Shown in pieces: positions 48,188-59,223 of a DNA stretch of 64,000 nt. The notes beneath the pieces were generated by a model, which worked only from the letters and a program-made list of their open reading frames with translations, was not told where the DNA came from and did not search any database. How positions within the stretch are numbered: the first letter of the stretch is position 1; every line of letters begins with the position of its first letter. Source of the DNA: Trichomonas gallinae (lineage: Eukaryota); contig MRSU01001054.1 in assembly GCA_008369845.1 (NCBI GenBank), positions 1-64,000 of the forward strand, in the 5' to 3' direction. The position numbers were made by a program, and so were the translations under genes.

Positions 48188-50281
48188 ATGTCGTTGCCTT
48201 TGCCGCCTCTCGACATTGAATCTTACAGTGTTAAAACCGTCCAATACATGCTTCAGCAAAATCTTGATGCTCCAAGACTTAAGATTCTCGAAATATTCGA
48301 CGCTACACAGATATCAAAAGCTCAAGAATTTAATAATTTTTGCCAAGAGATCGAACAAAAGAATATTGTTCATGCTTTCATCCCACTGACAACACTCTTA
48401 CAGCCAATTTCGGATATCGTTGAAAGAGGAGTAAGAGTAAATCCAAGAAAAGGACTCAAAGTCGCAATTGGCCTTGCCAATGTTGATGCCTCGCAGAAGG
48501 TGTTAGAATTCGCCCATTGCTTAGTTGCTTTAGGCGTTGTTCAGAATCATCAAGTTGTTAAATCTGATCCAAACACAGAAAAATTCGAAACATCAGTACC
48601 AACACCAGATGCACTCCTCGAAGGATACAATTCCATCAAGTTAAACGAAGATGGCGATTTTATGATTTTCAATCAAAAGCAAATTCGCACACTTCAGATC
48701 ATCCGCACAACAAGCGGCGAAACACTCGAACGCAAGCTACAGTTTGACCTAACTTGCCACCTCTGTAAGCAAGCGAAAGCTGATCATTGGTGTGTAAACT
48801 GCAATGCAGCCCTCTGCGATGCCTGCAATGAGAAGTCTCACTCATCAAATGCAGTATTAAACACACACACACGCATTCCAATGTCCAGAGCCGGCTGCTT
48901 CATGGAAACATGTCCATTCCATCCACAAAACAAGGTCGAACATTGGTGCCCACAGTGCCATTTGCCAGTCTGCTTCGAGTGCAAGCTGACAGGAAACCAT
49001 TCTGTTGGTGCTTGCTCAAAGCATCAGCTGATGCCATTAACAGAAGCATATCTTGATGCAGTTAAACGCACAGGAAAGGAATCAAAGTACTTCTCACACA
49101 GACGCCGTGTTATTGCCGAGAAACTCAGAGATGCTGACATAAGATTAAAAGATATCGCAACAAATCAGAGAAATCTCGAAGACAGAATCATGGAAGAAGC
49201 CAAAAAGGCAATAGAATCATTAAGAGAACAGGCAGGAGCCAGGGCTCTCAAAGTTAGAAGCACTCGCGACGAATTACTTAGAAAGCAGATGGAAATCGAG
49301 CGCGCAACCCAGTTCCTCAACACTGTACAAGAGCTCTCAGGCCCAGTACTATTCATTCAGGCCGCTGATTCTTACGCAGACATCTGCCAGAGCGATTTCA
49401 AGCACGATGATGACATTCCTCTTGATCTCTATGTTGAAGGCGATTTAGCTCTTGGTGGAGGCTTATCCGTGAAGCCAAGGCAGCTGCTTGAGCTCCCAGA
49501 TGGAGTCAAGAAGCGCGACTTCGATGTGGAAGAGCTCAATGTCAGAAACACAGACTACTTTACTCGCACTGAGACAATTTCAGTCTCCGAGGCACCAACA
49601 GAAAGATCCTACACTTACACGACAAACGGCGGCTGGATACAGAGAGGAGAGTCGAAGCACCAGAAGACTCGCCAGCTCACATTGACACAGATGGCGACTA
49701 GAAAAGAACAGAAGCTCGCACACCGCGGAATTTCTCTCGACTTCTCTCCATTCGAGGGTTCATTGGTTGTGACAAATGACACAAAGAGGAGACAGCTTTA
49801 CATGACATTCCCATTCAAGGGAGTCCCACAGACTCAGCTGCTCTTCTCCAGTGAGAGAGATGGCCGCTCAATTCCGCTCATGCACCAGAGAATCGACAAC
49901 GTCGGAATCACTTGCGTTCTCGTCAAACGCGGCTCTCTTGCTTTCGGTGGTTTCGCTGCAGCTAAATGGAATCATGACGGAAAACCGTTCGGAGAAAACA
50001 GTTCTTCGTTCTTGTTCCACGTCACAAAGGATGCCTTCATCCCATACAAGCCACACGTTGAAGATGCTTGCGCACTCATTGCCGACTATGAGACAATCTC
50101 GTTTGGCCGCTATGACTTAGTTATGACAAACCAGTTCAACAACTGCTCCTCTAAATTAGAAAGATCGTATTCATACGGCCTCGACATGAAGACAAATGAT
50201 CCAGAGACATTCCTCGCAGGCACTCATGAGTTCAAGGCTGATGTCGTTGAAGTTTGGGGATTCTTCAACACTGACAAATAA
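48188..50281 (+). CDS. B-box zinc-finger / coiled-coil / TLDc protein with degenerate PARP-like N-terminal domain
   Basis: B-box1 CHLC...WCVNCNAALCDAC...H...H; B-box2 CPFH...WCPQCHLPVCFEC...H...H; coiled coil; TLDc motifs LLFSSERDG, FGGF, SFLF, FGxYDL, FLAG...VEVW. Confidence 0.88.
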   Translation: MSLPLPPLDIESYSVKTVQYMLQQNLDAPRLKILEIFDATQISKAQEFNNFCQEIEQKNIVHAFIPLTTLLQPISDIVERGVRVNPRKGLKVAIGLANVDASQKVLEFAHCLVALGVVQNHQVVKSDPNTEKFETSVPTPDALLEGYNSIKLNEDGDFMIFNQKQIRTLQIIRTTSGETLERKLQFDLTCHLCKQAKADHWCVNCNAALCDACNEKSHSSNAVLNTHTRIPMSRAGCFMETCPFHPQNKVEHWCPQCHLPVCFECKLTGNHSVGACSKHQLMPLTEAYLDAVKRTGKESKYFSHRRRVIAEKLRDADIRLKDIATNQRNLEDRIMEEAKKAIESLREQAGARALKVRSTRDELLRKQMEIERATQFLNTVQELSGPVLFIQAADSYADICQSDFKHDDDIPLDLYVEGDLALGGGLSVKPRQLLELPDGVKKRDFDVEELNVRNTDYFTRTETISVSEAPTERSYTYTTNGGWIQRGESKHQKTRQLTLTQMATRKEQKLAHRGISLDFSPFEGSLVVTNDTKRRQLYMTFPFKGVPQTQLLFSSERDGRSIPLMHQRIDNVGITCVLVKRGSLAFGGFAAAKWNHDGKPFGENSSSFLFHVTKDAFIPYKPHVEDACALIADYETISFGRYDLVMTNQFNNCSSKLERSYSYGLDMKTNDPETFLAGTHEFKADVVEVWGFFNTDK

Positions 50282-50636
50282 ACTTTATTTATTTTGTTTT
50301 TTCATAAATAAATTCTCGCGTTTTTTTAAATTGACATGCGATGGTCATATCTGCTTTTTAAAACTCAGAATTAAGGATATGTTGGATAAGAGAAGCAGAT
50401 TTTCCGCAAATATCCATCGATAATATTGAAAATTTTGGGGATATTTTCATGTTCAATTTGTGAAGCAAACATTAAAGTTATTATATCATTTTTTTTTCAT
50501 ATCTAATTTATTATTTCTTTTCTTTTCAGATGAAAAAAATATAATTAGTGCAGAGTGTTGTATACAATGAAATTTGATTGTTTTCATATTAAGCTTAATA
50601 ATATGATATGAGAAAAGAAATTGTCTATTGATATAT

Positions 50637-51662
50637 TTACAGAGCCTTTATGGCAGCAATGAAGTTGTCAACGTCTTCTGCTGTTGTCTGCCACGATGTG
50701 ACGAAGCGATATAAAGAAATGCTGAGGTCCCAGTCGTAGAATTCTGCTCCTTGTGCGAATAATTTGTCGACATTCTCCTTTGAGATGACGACGAAGAGCT
50801 CGTTTGCGGCCGGTGTGTAGTATGGCTTGCACTTCTCGCAGTCCTTGAGGCCTTGATAAAGTCTCTGCATCATGTCATTAGAGTTCTTTGCGAGCTTGAG
50901 CCAGAGGTCGTCCTTGAGATAAGCGAGCATCTGGATAGCGAAGAATCTTGTCTTAGACATGAGCTGGCCGGCGCGTTTGTGGAGGTAATCGAATCCTTGT
51001 GCGAGATTCTTGTCGAAGAAGATGATAAGCTCGCCGAGAAGGCCGCCATTCTTTGTTGCACCAAATGTGAGAACATCGACGCCGACTTTCCATGTCATCT
51101 CAGCTGGTGTGCATCCGAGGTGGACTAAAGCATTAGCAAACCTGGCGCCGTCCATGTGAACTTTCAATCCATTTTGATGAGCGAGATCACAGATTGTCTT
51201 AAGTTCTTCTAATGTATATACTTGTCCTAGCTCTGTTGACTGTGCGATAGAGACGCAAGCTGGCTTTCCTGCGTGTGGGAATAGATTAGATGCGAAATTA
51301 ACGGTTTCTGTGATAAGATTTGGGTCGATTTTAGATGGGGAGATAGATTTATGCATGAGACGAGCACCACCAGTGAAAAATCCTGGTGCTGTAGATTCAT
51401 CAGTCAAAATGTGAGCGGAATCTGAGCATAATATTGTTCCGTATGGTGGACAAATGGCTGAAAGAGCAAGACAGTTTGATGCTGTGCCTGTGGAAGCGAA
51501 ATAGTAAACTAAATCGTGCTCAAATGTTTTAGCTAAGACTTTCTGAAGCTCAGCAGTGTATTCATCATGACCGTATGAGCCAGCATTGCCTTTGTTGGCA
51601 TCAACCATGGCCTGCATGATCTGTGGGTGGATGGAGGCGATGTTATCAGACTTGAAATTCAT
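50637..51662 (-). CDS. ltaE: Low-specificity L-threonine aldolase (PLP-dependent, bacterial type)
   Basis: NFKSDN, YGHD, TGTASN, AHI..DE, STELG, HMDGARFANA, FGATKNG (PLP lysine), QLMSKTRF, RFVTSW. Confidence 0.9.
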   Translation of the reverse strand: MNFKSDNIASIHPQIMQAMVDANKGNAGSYGHDEYTAELQKVLAKTFEHDLVYYFASTGTASNCLALSAICPPYGTILCSDSAHILTDESTAPGFFTGGARLMHKSISPSKIDPNLITETVNFASNLFPHAGKPACVSIAQSTELGQVYTLEELKTICDLAHQNGLKVHMDGARFANALVHLGCTPAEMTWKVGVDVLTFGATKNGGLLGELIIFFDKNLAQGFDYLHKRAGQLMSKTRFFAIQMLAYLKDDLWLKLAKNSNDMMQRLYQGLKDCEKCKPYYTPAANELFVVISKENVDKLFAQGAEFYDWDLSISLYRFVTSWQTTAEDVDNFIAAIKAL

Positions 51663-51789
51663 AAATTGATCAATTGACGATAGAACTCTTCCCCTAAAAT
51701 ATTTTTTAACCCCTTCTATAATATAAAAATATCCAACATTTTTTTTTTTAATTTACCAACATTTTTTCTATTTTATCAAAATTAGCTTA

Positions 51790-51980
51790 ATGGAGTTTGA
51801 TCCAGTAGGCAATGCTCAATCTATTCCAGACATGATAAAAACGAAGTCAACAGAACAGCATTAATTGAATCTTCTGATTTTGGTCATCATGAAGTTATCA
51901 AACTTCTTCACCCAGTTCCTTGGATAGATGTAGACGCAAACAGCATTTGGGATAAAACAGCTTTGAGTTTTGCCTCATGA
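51790..51980 (+). pseudogene. Short ankyrin-repeat relic
   Basis: Translates NRTALIESSDFGHHEVIKLL...IDVDANSIWDKTALSFAS*; no intact gene around it. Confidence 0.55.
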
Positions 51981-52236
51981 GATTATAATACAATCATATT
52001 CACAGATGAAGAAATAATTTGAATTCATTTTATAAAAATTTAAACGAGTTATGCATTTTTGCAATTTATTTAATGCTGTTTTATGTAATCATCCACACTT
52101 TATTCATTGATGACGATTTATTAGTTAATGGTATAATTTTCATGAATTAATGAAAATGATGATGCAAATATGGTGGTGTTTTACTAAATTATTGTTTTGT
52201 TATTAAATTGTTAAAATTTCGATTAAATTTCTAAAA

Positions 52237-53646
52237 TTATTCTTTAGGAAGTTTACTATGCAAAAAATCTGCTGCCAAAGTTAATGGTGGCTCATATTCA
52301 GATATTATTTCATTGAGACGATCAGCAATTGAAGGATCACCTAATTCGTTATTAATTTCTTCATATTCTGGTTTTGATGGTTGTATTTTACCCAATAGAT
52401 TGATCAATCCTGCTACAACATGCGATAATATGGCTTCATCATCAATAATTAAATCATCACAAACTGAAGCAATAGGAACATGCTGCAATAACATCATTAT
52501 ATTGTCATATTCAGATATCATCATCAGTTTGTAAATGATTAAAGTCGCAAATTTTCTTGGTTTGTAAACTGGATAATTTCTAAAAACAGCAGCTAGCTTA
52601 TGAATCTCCATATTCCAGATTATTTCTATCACAGGTCCTCCACACGCTATCATGTTGTTTATAAGCTGTAAAATATCAGTAACAAGCTCAGGAGATGTTG
52701 ATTCCTGAATAGAGAAGATAATGCGGAAAAACTCCTCATTATTTATCAATGCATAGCAAAATTCGTTGCTAAAACACACAGCATTGTTTAAATATCGAAT
52801 AATTGAAATTGAATTTTCTGATTTCTCGTAATCATATAAACACATAGCAAAATCGGATATTTCTTGATCTATAAGTAATGATTTTTGCTCATCAGCGATT
52901 TTTGTAATGAATAAATTAGAATACGTTTCGAATATCAAATAATGCAGCGATCTTGGACAATCTGGACTTTTAGATATATTCTTGAATGCTTCTACAATGC
53001 TATCAACACATTCGCTGACATCAAAGAAGTCAATTGAAAAAATTTCATAAAAAACTTCAATTATCCAATTTGCATCATCCATTCTAATTTTCTTTGTAAG
53101 CGGCTCATATAAAACCATGAAAAATGTGTTTGGGTTGAATATGTTGTGTAATTTCTCAATATCTATTGACATAATATTAACTAAAAATTTAAAAAGGTAA
53201 GATGGGTGAATACTCGTATCATTTTCTTCAAATAGCATTTTGTAAGCTTTCTCATCGAATTTTGACTTTAAAATAAAATCGATTGACCATTTGTAATTTT
53301 GAATTAGTTTTTGTAGTAGTTTAAAACAATTTTTTGTAAGATTATCATTTCCTAAATCGTAAAATGTCGTGTTATATAGTGCTTTAAAGAAGCCATCTGT
53401 AGCCAAAAGATTATGATAATGATTAAGACTATCTTTCGTGTTTATAATATGAATCAATGCATTTTTCTTTGCATGTAAATCTTTAGTAACCATGAATGTA
53501 TTCACTGAATCGTTGAATAAATCAAAATTTCTTTGTTTTTGCTTCCACGTTTCGACTGCTGAGTCATTTGCATTTAGTTTCAGTATACTGGTATAAGCAG
53601 GAGGAACTTCTATCTGTGGAAGACTTTTTTTCTCAGCTTCAGTCAT
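52237..53646 (-). CDS. Hypothetical alpha-helical ARM/HEAT-like protein (469 aa)
   Basis: Long ORF with repeated amphipathic helices (ILQLINNMIA, IIRYLNNAV, VAGLINLL); Inr-like GTCACTT upstream. Confidence 0.72.
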   Translation of the reverse strand: MTEAEKKSLPQIEVPPAYTSILKLNANDSAVETWKQKQRNFDLFNDSVNTFMVTKDLHAKKNALIHIINTKDSLNHYHNLLATDGFFKALYNTTFYDLGNDNLTKNCFKLLQKLIQNYKWSIDFILKSKFDEKAYKMLFEENDTSIHPSYLFKFLVNIMSIDIEKLHNIFNPNTFFMVLYEPLTKKIRMDDANWIIEVFYEIFSIDFFDVSECVDSIVEAFKNISKSPDCPRSLHYLIFETYSNLFITKIADEQKSLLIDQEISDFAMCLYDYEKSENSISIIRYLNNAVCFSNEFCYALINNEEFFRIIFSIQESTSPELVTDILQLINNMIACGGPVIEIIWNMEIHKLAAVFRNYPVYKPRKFATLIIYKLMMISEYDNIMMLLQHVPIASVCDDLIIDDEAILSHVVAGLINLLGKIQPSKPEYEEINNELGDPSIADRLNEIISEYEPPLTLAADFLHSKLPKE

Positions 53647-53987
53647 TACAAAAAAATTAAAATCTCCTTAAAAGTGACAAATCTATTTTTTTCTTGCTCG
53701 ACCAATACTATAAATATTATAAATTTGCGTCATACAATACAATATTATGGTTAGTAGTGATATATAAAAGGTGCGGACACTACTTCAAGATCATTATTTG
53801 TTCTCCATTCTTCGGGCTTAATTAAAAATATATATTGTTTATTATTATGTTATCTTCTTAATGAATTATCACTTATATTATCTGATTTCATAATTTCTGT
53901 TATCTTTTTCGATTTGAAACTGTGAAAAAAACATCATGGAACAATAAAACAAAATTTTAATTTCGCACAAAAAATAAAATAGAAAAA

Positions 53988-56975
53988 TTAATTATAATTC
54001 TTAAAAACGCAGAATTGAATGTTAAGTGAAGTATCATCCTTAATCTTATTCTTGACATCATCGAGAATGGCTCCTCTTGCTTCCCAAGTAGGATTATGTG
54101 GGACTGTTGCGAAGTAATAAACGAATGGAATCAACGCAATCATTGCTTGTAAATTTCTCTTTGAAACTAGTCTAGGAATTCTCTGAATGAAAGGCAAAAC
54201 TATTCCACGTGGCTGTGCAAGAAGTATCACTGAGAACAAGCCATCCGTTGGTCCTCCATCTTCTACTATGCTTTTCACTGAGAAAATAAGAGAAGAAGGA
54301 ATCTGGTCGACGAAAGATTTGTCCATTGGAGTGAATCCTGTTTCATTGAATGCCAAAACAATTGGGATCTTAGCTATAGACTCCTGATTGGGCTCCTCCA
54401 TGCAGCAGAGTGCAATGTAAACAACTCTGACTGAGCAATAAGTGAAAACTCTTGCAAGAACATTGCCGCAATTTTCACTATGATAATATTGTTTTTCGCC
54501 CAAAGCATCAATGAATTTGATGAACTCTGATGTGCCGTTAACAGAGCCAACTCCTCCCATGTAGTCTTTAGTGTAGCACAATACAGCGATTTCTATCGTC
54601 TCAAATGGTGAAATATTGTCGTATTTCTTTATATAATCGTCAGCGAGATCATTAGGAATTGTTTTTGACAAACTGTCAGATGTTATCAATCCAAGGGATG
54701 TCAAACATGAATAAACACGCAAGTTGCTTTTAACTTTATCATCATATGCCTTAAATTGCATTGGAATGTTCACAGATGCAAGACTTGCGAATTTTGAACT
54801 GAGCTCTGGATCATTAAATGTTCCATCGACTGAAGAAGAAACTTCGAAGCCGACAGTTTGCGGTTTTGTGTCAATTTCTGGTGCTTGCGGCGTGCTCCTA
54901 TCTATTAAATTGTTGTCTGCAATTTCTACTGTAATAACTCCGTATTTGCTGCGAATTGTCGCCATAATATTTCCGAATTTAGGAGAATCAATGATTGTGA
55001 GGATAGAATAGTTCTCATACTGTTTGCTTGTGTCTATACTTGTCGACACTGATGAAACTTTCTTGTTTGCTTTCGTCCAAATTAAGAAATGACTCGAATT
55101 AGCGGAATTTTCTAAATATAAGTTTTTTGCTGTTTCAACATCCATATATTTTGCGTTTGGATGTCCACACATTTCCAGGAAGTTAACTAAGTCTGAATGA
55201 TCTTTTGCTTTGAGATTTGCGTTGAATTCAACTTTTTCTGGAGAAAGAGGCTTAAATCTACTTCCTTCCAAATATATTGCTTGCATACACATCGAAAAAG
55301 CATGAAAACTATTCGGATCTTTGATTATTGTATAAAGATTTTTCTTTCTCACGAATTCTAATTCAAATTCAACACCTTTCTTTTCTATTCCATGTTTAAA
55401 GAATGTTGGCATCAAATATGGAACAAATGCAAAGAAAATGAAAAATTCTGCTGGTAAATCATTATTTTCATCGAGAAGACGAAGCACATATGTTGAAAAC
55501 GCTTTGTAGCATCCAGATATCATTAAAATAAGCATCTGATTCTGCCAAATTCCTGAATCTTTGTTTTTCATATCAACTTTTTGATTATACATTCGTTTCT
55601 GAAGCTTTTTGATGTTGTTTATGGTACCTATTGCCATAGTATTCTGCAAATAAATCTCAGCAATGCTTAAAATTAAATTTTCAATTTTCGGATCTCGAAT
55701 ATTTATAGAATTATTCCTAGATTTCTCATCAACCTGTCTTAAAAGGCACTTTACAATGGGTGAAATTAATTCTCTTGTTAAATAAGGATGAGCAGCAATT
55801 AAAGATGGAAGTTTTGGAAGTAAAACAGGTGCCAGTGAAGATTCAGGGGATATAAGTTCTCTCTTAAAGTATGATATTGTGTTTTGGAACCAATTTGTCT
55901 GTTGTTGAATTATTCCGTTTTCTAGAAGTGTCACAAAACTGCAAATTGAGTCTGTTCTTAGATCATTATTTAGCGGAGTGTTGCATGGGCCTTCAGCTAA
56001 AGGCCATTTCGAGAATATTTCAAATATTTCATCGATAAACCATTTTTTGCTGAATAAACCTATCAAATTTTCTTTGCTTCTATTTATGCAATCAATTATA
56101 CATCCAAATCCATCGTGAACAATGTGAAAATTGCGAGATGTCGAAAGGATATTCGCAGATTCAATCAAACGGATGAAGATATCTGTTGCATATTCCAATT
56201 TTATACCTATAGTTTCTGGTGCAGGTAGATTTGGAATGTCATAATCATACCAATAGTTTTTTGTTAGCATAATTAAACAAAATAAAAAATTTTGGGACCA
56301 GCGAGCGCGAAATATTGGATTTTCGGGCCATTTTAGTACAAAATCATTAAATATTTGCCAATTTTCTGGACAGCTCTGAGTTGTAAGATTTAAAATATGA
56401 AATAGAAACTGAATGAAAAGTTCATGTTCACCATCTGAAAATTTGTAGCTTTTTGGGTCCATTATCATAGAATCACAGATTCCTAAGACGATTTTAAATA
56501 TCGTAGATTTTATTTCTTTGTCAAAGGCATTTAATTCCTTAGAAATCATATCTTTGATAAGTTCTTCGAAATGTGATCGTGTAAATTGTGTTGAAGATGG
56601 TTCACAAACCATTGAAAGATACAATAAACTATCAATAATCATTTTCTGACTTTCTTCTTGTGATAAATTCGCTTCTGTATGATTTTTTGGATCTAGGCAG
56701 ACTTTACAAAGCTTTTCAACGAATTTTTCGTAATTATATGTTTTTTCGAAATCTTTGTTAACGATTCCATATCGAATTACAAAAGACATAGCATTCATTG
56801 CCCATATTAATGATCTTCCTTTGAGTAAATCCAAATTTATGTTCGAAATCATATTATAAATTTTCGGAAAGCACTGATCTGGAGGAAAAAGCGGTAATAC
56901 GTAACTGTCTGTGTTATCCTGGAACAGCCCAGACTCAACGAGATGATAATGCATCAATGGTCTCATTTCCGCCAT
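53988..56975 (-). CDS. Large protein with C-terminal degenerate Rap/Ral-GAP-like domain (tuberin/RalGAP-like)
   Basis: ATG 56975; helical N-terminal region; TIRSKYG; then IEIAVLCY...NGTSEFIKFIDALG...VVYIA...IVLAFNE, matching Rap_GAP motif order. Confidence 0.7.
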   Translation of the reverse strand: MAEMRPLMHYHLVESGLFQDNTDSYVLPLFPPDQCFPKIYNMISNINLDLLKGRSLIWAMNAMSFVIRYGIVNKDFEKTYNYEKFVEKLCKVCLDPKNHTEANLSQEESQKMIIDSLLYLSMVCEPSSTQFTRSHFEELIKDMISKELNAFDKEIKSTIFKIVLGICDSMIMDPKSYKFSDGEHELFIQFLFHILNLTTQSCPENWQIFNDFVLKWPENPIFRARWSQNFLFCLIMLTKNYWYDYDIPNLPAPETIGIKLEYATDIFIRLIESANILSTSRNFHIVHDGFGCIIDCINRSKENLIGLFSKKWFIDEIFEIFSKWPLAEGPCNTPLNNDLRTDSICSFVTLLENGIIQQQTNWFQNTISYFKRELISPESSLAPVLLPKLPSLIAAHPYLTRELISPIVKCLLRQVDEKSRNNSINIRDPKIENLILSIAEIYLQNTMAIGTINNIKKLQKRMYNQKVDMKNKDSGIWQNQMLILMISGCYKAFSTYVLRLLDENNDLPAEFFIFFAFVPYLMPTFFKHGIEKKGVEFELEFVRKKNLYTIIKDPNSFHAFSMCMQAIYLEGSRFKPLSPEKVEFNANLKAKDHSDLVNFLEMCGHPNAKYMDVETAKNLYLENSANSSHFLIWTKANKKVSSVSTSIDTSKQYENYSILTIIDSPKFGNIMATIRSKYGVITVEIADNNLIDRSTPQAPEIDTKPQTVGFEVSSSVDGTFNDPELSSKFASLASVNIPMQFKAYDDKVKSNLRVYSCLTSLGLITSDSLSKTIPNDLADDYIKKYDNISPFETIEIAVLCYTKDYMGGVGSVNGTSEFIKFIDALGEKQYYHSENCGNVLARVFTYCSVRVVYIALCCMEEPNQESIAKIPIVLAFNETGFTPMDKSFVDQIPSSLIFSVKSIVEDGGPTDGLFSVILLAQPRGIVLPFIQRIPRLVSKRNLQAMIALIPFVYYFATVPHNPTWEARGAILDDVKNKIKDDTSLNIQFCVFKNYN

Positions 56976-57207
56976 CAATGCAGTACTTTTCTGACGTCAG
57001 ATTTGACACATATCAATTTTTTTTGACACACATAACAATTACTCTTTGCTCGAAGCATCAAGATTCAATTCTCAAATACTTCTACATTGCAAGGATTGAT
57101 GATTAAAAAACAAAACAAAAATGCTATATCAATTTGCAAATTATACATCATACGATTATTTTCAATTCAAATTTCAATGCAATTTAAAGTAATCATAGAA
57201 CTCATAA

Positions 57208-57267
57208 ATATAGTTTTCGCACATTTTTAGGGCGCTTTCGCACCCGAAAAAATAGCGAAAACTATAT
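57208..57267. repeat. Inverted repeat / hairpin
   Basis: atatagttttcgc (57208-57220) and gcgaaaactatat (57255-57267) are perfect reverse complements; inner gggcgc-tttc-gcaccc stem. Confidence 0.7.
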
Positions 57268-57548
57268 AATTTGGATTTCATTCGAGATGCAAATATTTAC
57301 TTTACTGCTTGTGATTTCAAATTAGAAAAATTGCTAGGATAACTAGCTTATTAGGACATGTTGAGTATTTGTAGTCTAATATGAAGATGCTTTTACTAAT
57401 AGTGTTGTTTGTTATCAAAAATAAGTAATTTTCATTTAGATAAAATAATGTTTTAATGACTCATATACATACATTAACATTATAGGAACTGTCATGTTTG
57501 CAATGATATATTTAGAAAGATTATAAATAGAAAGAATATATAATAAAA

Positions 57549-58592
57549 TCAATGTTTAGGATTTTTAAGAAGATTGAAGTTGGCAAGTGAACGAAATGTC
57601 ACAAATGATGCCTCAATGAATTTTCGGTTGATTTCGTATGTTCTCTTTCGTTTTTTGACTCGTGGACGACATAAATAGACTGTTTGATTAAACAAATTAG
57701 TGAACTTGTTGCTGATGTTTGACTCGAATATGACCGAAGATAATGTTGTTGTGTTTTTGTCGAAGTAGCAGTGTTTGACTGTGATTGTGCCACAAAGATT
57801 TGCACCGAAAGTGTACTCACATGCGTTATCGAAAATTGAGCAATTTTCAATAGTCATCTTTGAAAACCATGTAAAAATCAGGATACTAATTTTACCGTTG
57901 TTTTTAACGAAATTAGATGAAGTAATGAATGTTGCATCATCAGAATTCATTGATTGCATCCATGTAAAGCAATTGTTATCAGGAGAAATTTCTGTCAAAT
58001 TGCAAAAATTTGAGTACTTTACAAAACTTTCTAAAAGAACATCAACAATACGATATCCTGATGTAAACTTAGCTTTGCTAAACGTGTTATTGATGTTTTC
58101 TATCTCAACTTTACCATTCAATAATTCCATCCCAACTTCTTTATCAATATCTCCGCAATCGAAAACGCTGCTGGATTTGAAAAAGATTTTCCCATTTTGA
58201 ATGGGTGTAACATATGAGTAGAATGTATGTGATCTTTGTAATGATTTAGAATTGTGATAACAGACTTGTTCTTGATCAATTTGACCTTCATCTGAAAAAT
58301 AAAGAGAACCTCCTTTGTTGGTGCTGCTGCAGTTATCAAATATTGTGATTTCGACAAGAAGGCGAGTAGAATCGTCGTTATTATCGAAATAAATAGCCCT
58401 GTCGGCTTTGTTAATGAAAGAACAACTGTTGACGTAGAAAGATGACTGGTTTGTCAAATCAACAAAATTTTGTCACTTTACAATGAAATTAATAATTGAA
58501 TGTTGTGTAAATTGTGCTGCAAAAAATGGAATCGCACTTTTTTTATTTTTTGAGAGATCTCAATTGCAATTGAAAATTTAAATACAAATCAT
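57549..58592 (-). pseudogene. Secreted beta-helix-like protein of a trichomonad-type multigene family, decayed 5' end
   Basis: ORF 57549-58457 (FDNCSSTNKGGSLYF...QVCYHNS) lacks an ATG start. A frameshifted signal-like stretch (FVFKFSIAIE) follows an ATG at 58592. Resembles the ORF at 63227. Confidence 0.55.
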
Positions 58593-59223
58593 GCTGAATC
58601 AACCTATACAGATCAAATATGCATATCCGACTCAGAACAAATTACTTTCTATGGAATTCCAATTGAAATTCCGACCGTTAAATCAATAATACGACTTGTA
58701 ATACTGAATGTTGAACTGTTAATAGATTTAGAAACATACTACGGCTAATTGAGTCGATAACTCATATAGATTGCTGTTTATCGAGATCAAAATTTATGAA
58801 AAATGCCTTTTCATATAACTAATAATACAAATATTTACAAACAATGCTTAAGTAAATTGTTTTTCATTCAAATTTTTTTTTCGATTTTTTCGTTCGAATA
58901 ATATTTGAATAATGTAAACAATGACATTATATTTTTACATTAATAAATCATGATTTTGAGATTTTTCAGTCAATAGATGTTCATATATGAATCTTGTTTG
59001 GCGCACTTTTGTTTAAAAAAGCTTCTTAAAAAATCCACCGTTTTTCGTAAAGTGTCAAAATGTCAAAAATCTTCTGTAACATGTCAGGTGTAAAGTGTTA
59101 GATTTAATACTAATAAATACCTCCTTTTCTGTTTATAAATACCCCATTTTGTTCCTTTGGCAATAAGTAACTAATCATTATAAAATATATTTTAAAAATT
59201 ATTTAAATTCAAATAAAAAAAAG

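Noticed and set aside
58472..58479. AAAGTGAC motif (minus strand) at the apparent start of ATG-less ORF 57549-58457
   Set aside because: A decayed N-terminus continues upstream to ATG 58592, so the word lies inside former coding sequence.
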